Shown: positions 63,354-64,000 of the stretch, piece by piece
Layout: every line of letters starts with the position of its first letter
How positions within the stretch are numbered: position 1 is the first letter of the stretch
Assembly: GCF_963921235.1 (NCBI RefSeq)
Contig: NC_086107.1
Span: 97,714,001-97,778,000, forward strand
Source of the DNA: Mobula hypostoma
Lineage: Eukaryota
Length of the DNA: 64,000 nucleotides
Direction of reading: 5' to 3'
Position numbers and translations under genes: made by a program
The notes under the pieces: generated by a model
The model's database searches: none
Told to the model about the DNA's origin: nothing
What the model saw: the letters and a program-made list of their open reading frames with translations, nothing else

Positions 63354-64000
63354 TGTCCTGGTTTTATAAATGACAAGGAAGAGCAGAAGATTCTCCAAGA
63401 AATTTTAAACTTTAATTTGCAAAGTAAAGCTGAGACAGACAAAGAACTAGGCTCTGTAAGTCTGCCACTGAATGCCCGATGTTTTCACACAGCATTCTTT
63501 ATAGCACCCCTTCTGGGTTAACAGCATTAACATATCTCTGTAAATTTCAATCTAGCTAATAAATCAATTACTCTTATCTCTCTTACCTGGCTACATTCAT
63601 TTTTCTCGAGGGTTTAAAAGTACACAGGTTTCATTCAATGGTTACATCCCAAATACCATAGTAATCGCACGCACTCAGTAACAGACACTTAATGCATAGT
63701 AAAGGCATGGTCAACATCTGAATAAACACTTGATGTGCAATAAAACCACACTTAAAATAAACACTTAGAAAACAGAGTTAAAATGTTTTCCAATATAATC
63801 CCTCCTTTGAGACTTCCAAAGTCTCACATAGAGAGAGGAAACTACAAGTCCACATACAAAAGCTCAAATAAACTCCAGAGTTTACTCCTAAATCTGGGTC
63901 AAACTATAATTTCTTGTGCTTAGAACTCGAAGTGTTCGTTCTCTACCTTCCTAGGCCACTGAGCCAAAAACCTGTCCCTTCATGTCTGAGACAGGAAAAA
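63354..64000 (-). mobile_element. 3' LTR (63354-63797), polypurine tract and internal 3' end of an ERV-like/LTR element extending beyond the window
   Basis: Minus strand: AAAGGAGGGAT (63808-63798) abuts TATATTGG (TG start apparently mutated); CTATAAAG near 63500; ATTAAA near 63413; ends CCAGGACA. Confidence 0.65.

Overview
Repeat-dense vertebrate genomic DNA, probably from a cartilaginous fish (inferred from the mix of CR1, Rex-Babar, Penelope and V-SINE repeats). It contains no confidently named host gene. The only host coding candidate is a signal-peptide-like first exon on the minus strand (6100-6216). Main contents: (1) a young, nearly intact CR1 LINE (8592-12700) nested in an older CR1, with a Zn-finger/esterase ORF1 and an APE-RT ORF2 carrying one in-frame stop; (2) a degenerate chromovirus-type Gypsy LTR element (45670-50161); (3) a solo LTR with a 4-bp TSD (14831-15664) and an ERV-like 3' LTR with a PPT at the right edge; (4) an L1 fragment and many CR1, Rex-Babar, Penelope and SINE fragments; (5) a composite Tc1-like MITE family; (6) a ~6.6-kb minisatellite of 48-bp units. 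Most interesting signals: an in-phase U_UUA_AAC -1 frameshift heptamer in the 16-nt CR1 ORF1/ORF2 overlap, where ORF2 has no usable AUG; minimal hammerhead ribozyme motifs in Penelope termini; and a twister-like fold in two copies of an RTE-related short element. All calls are by eye; boundaries of degraded repeats are approximate.
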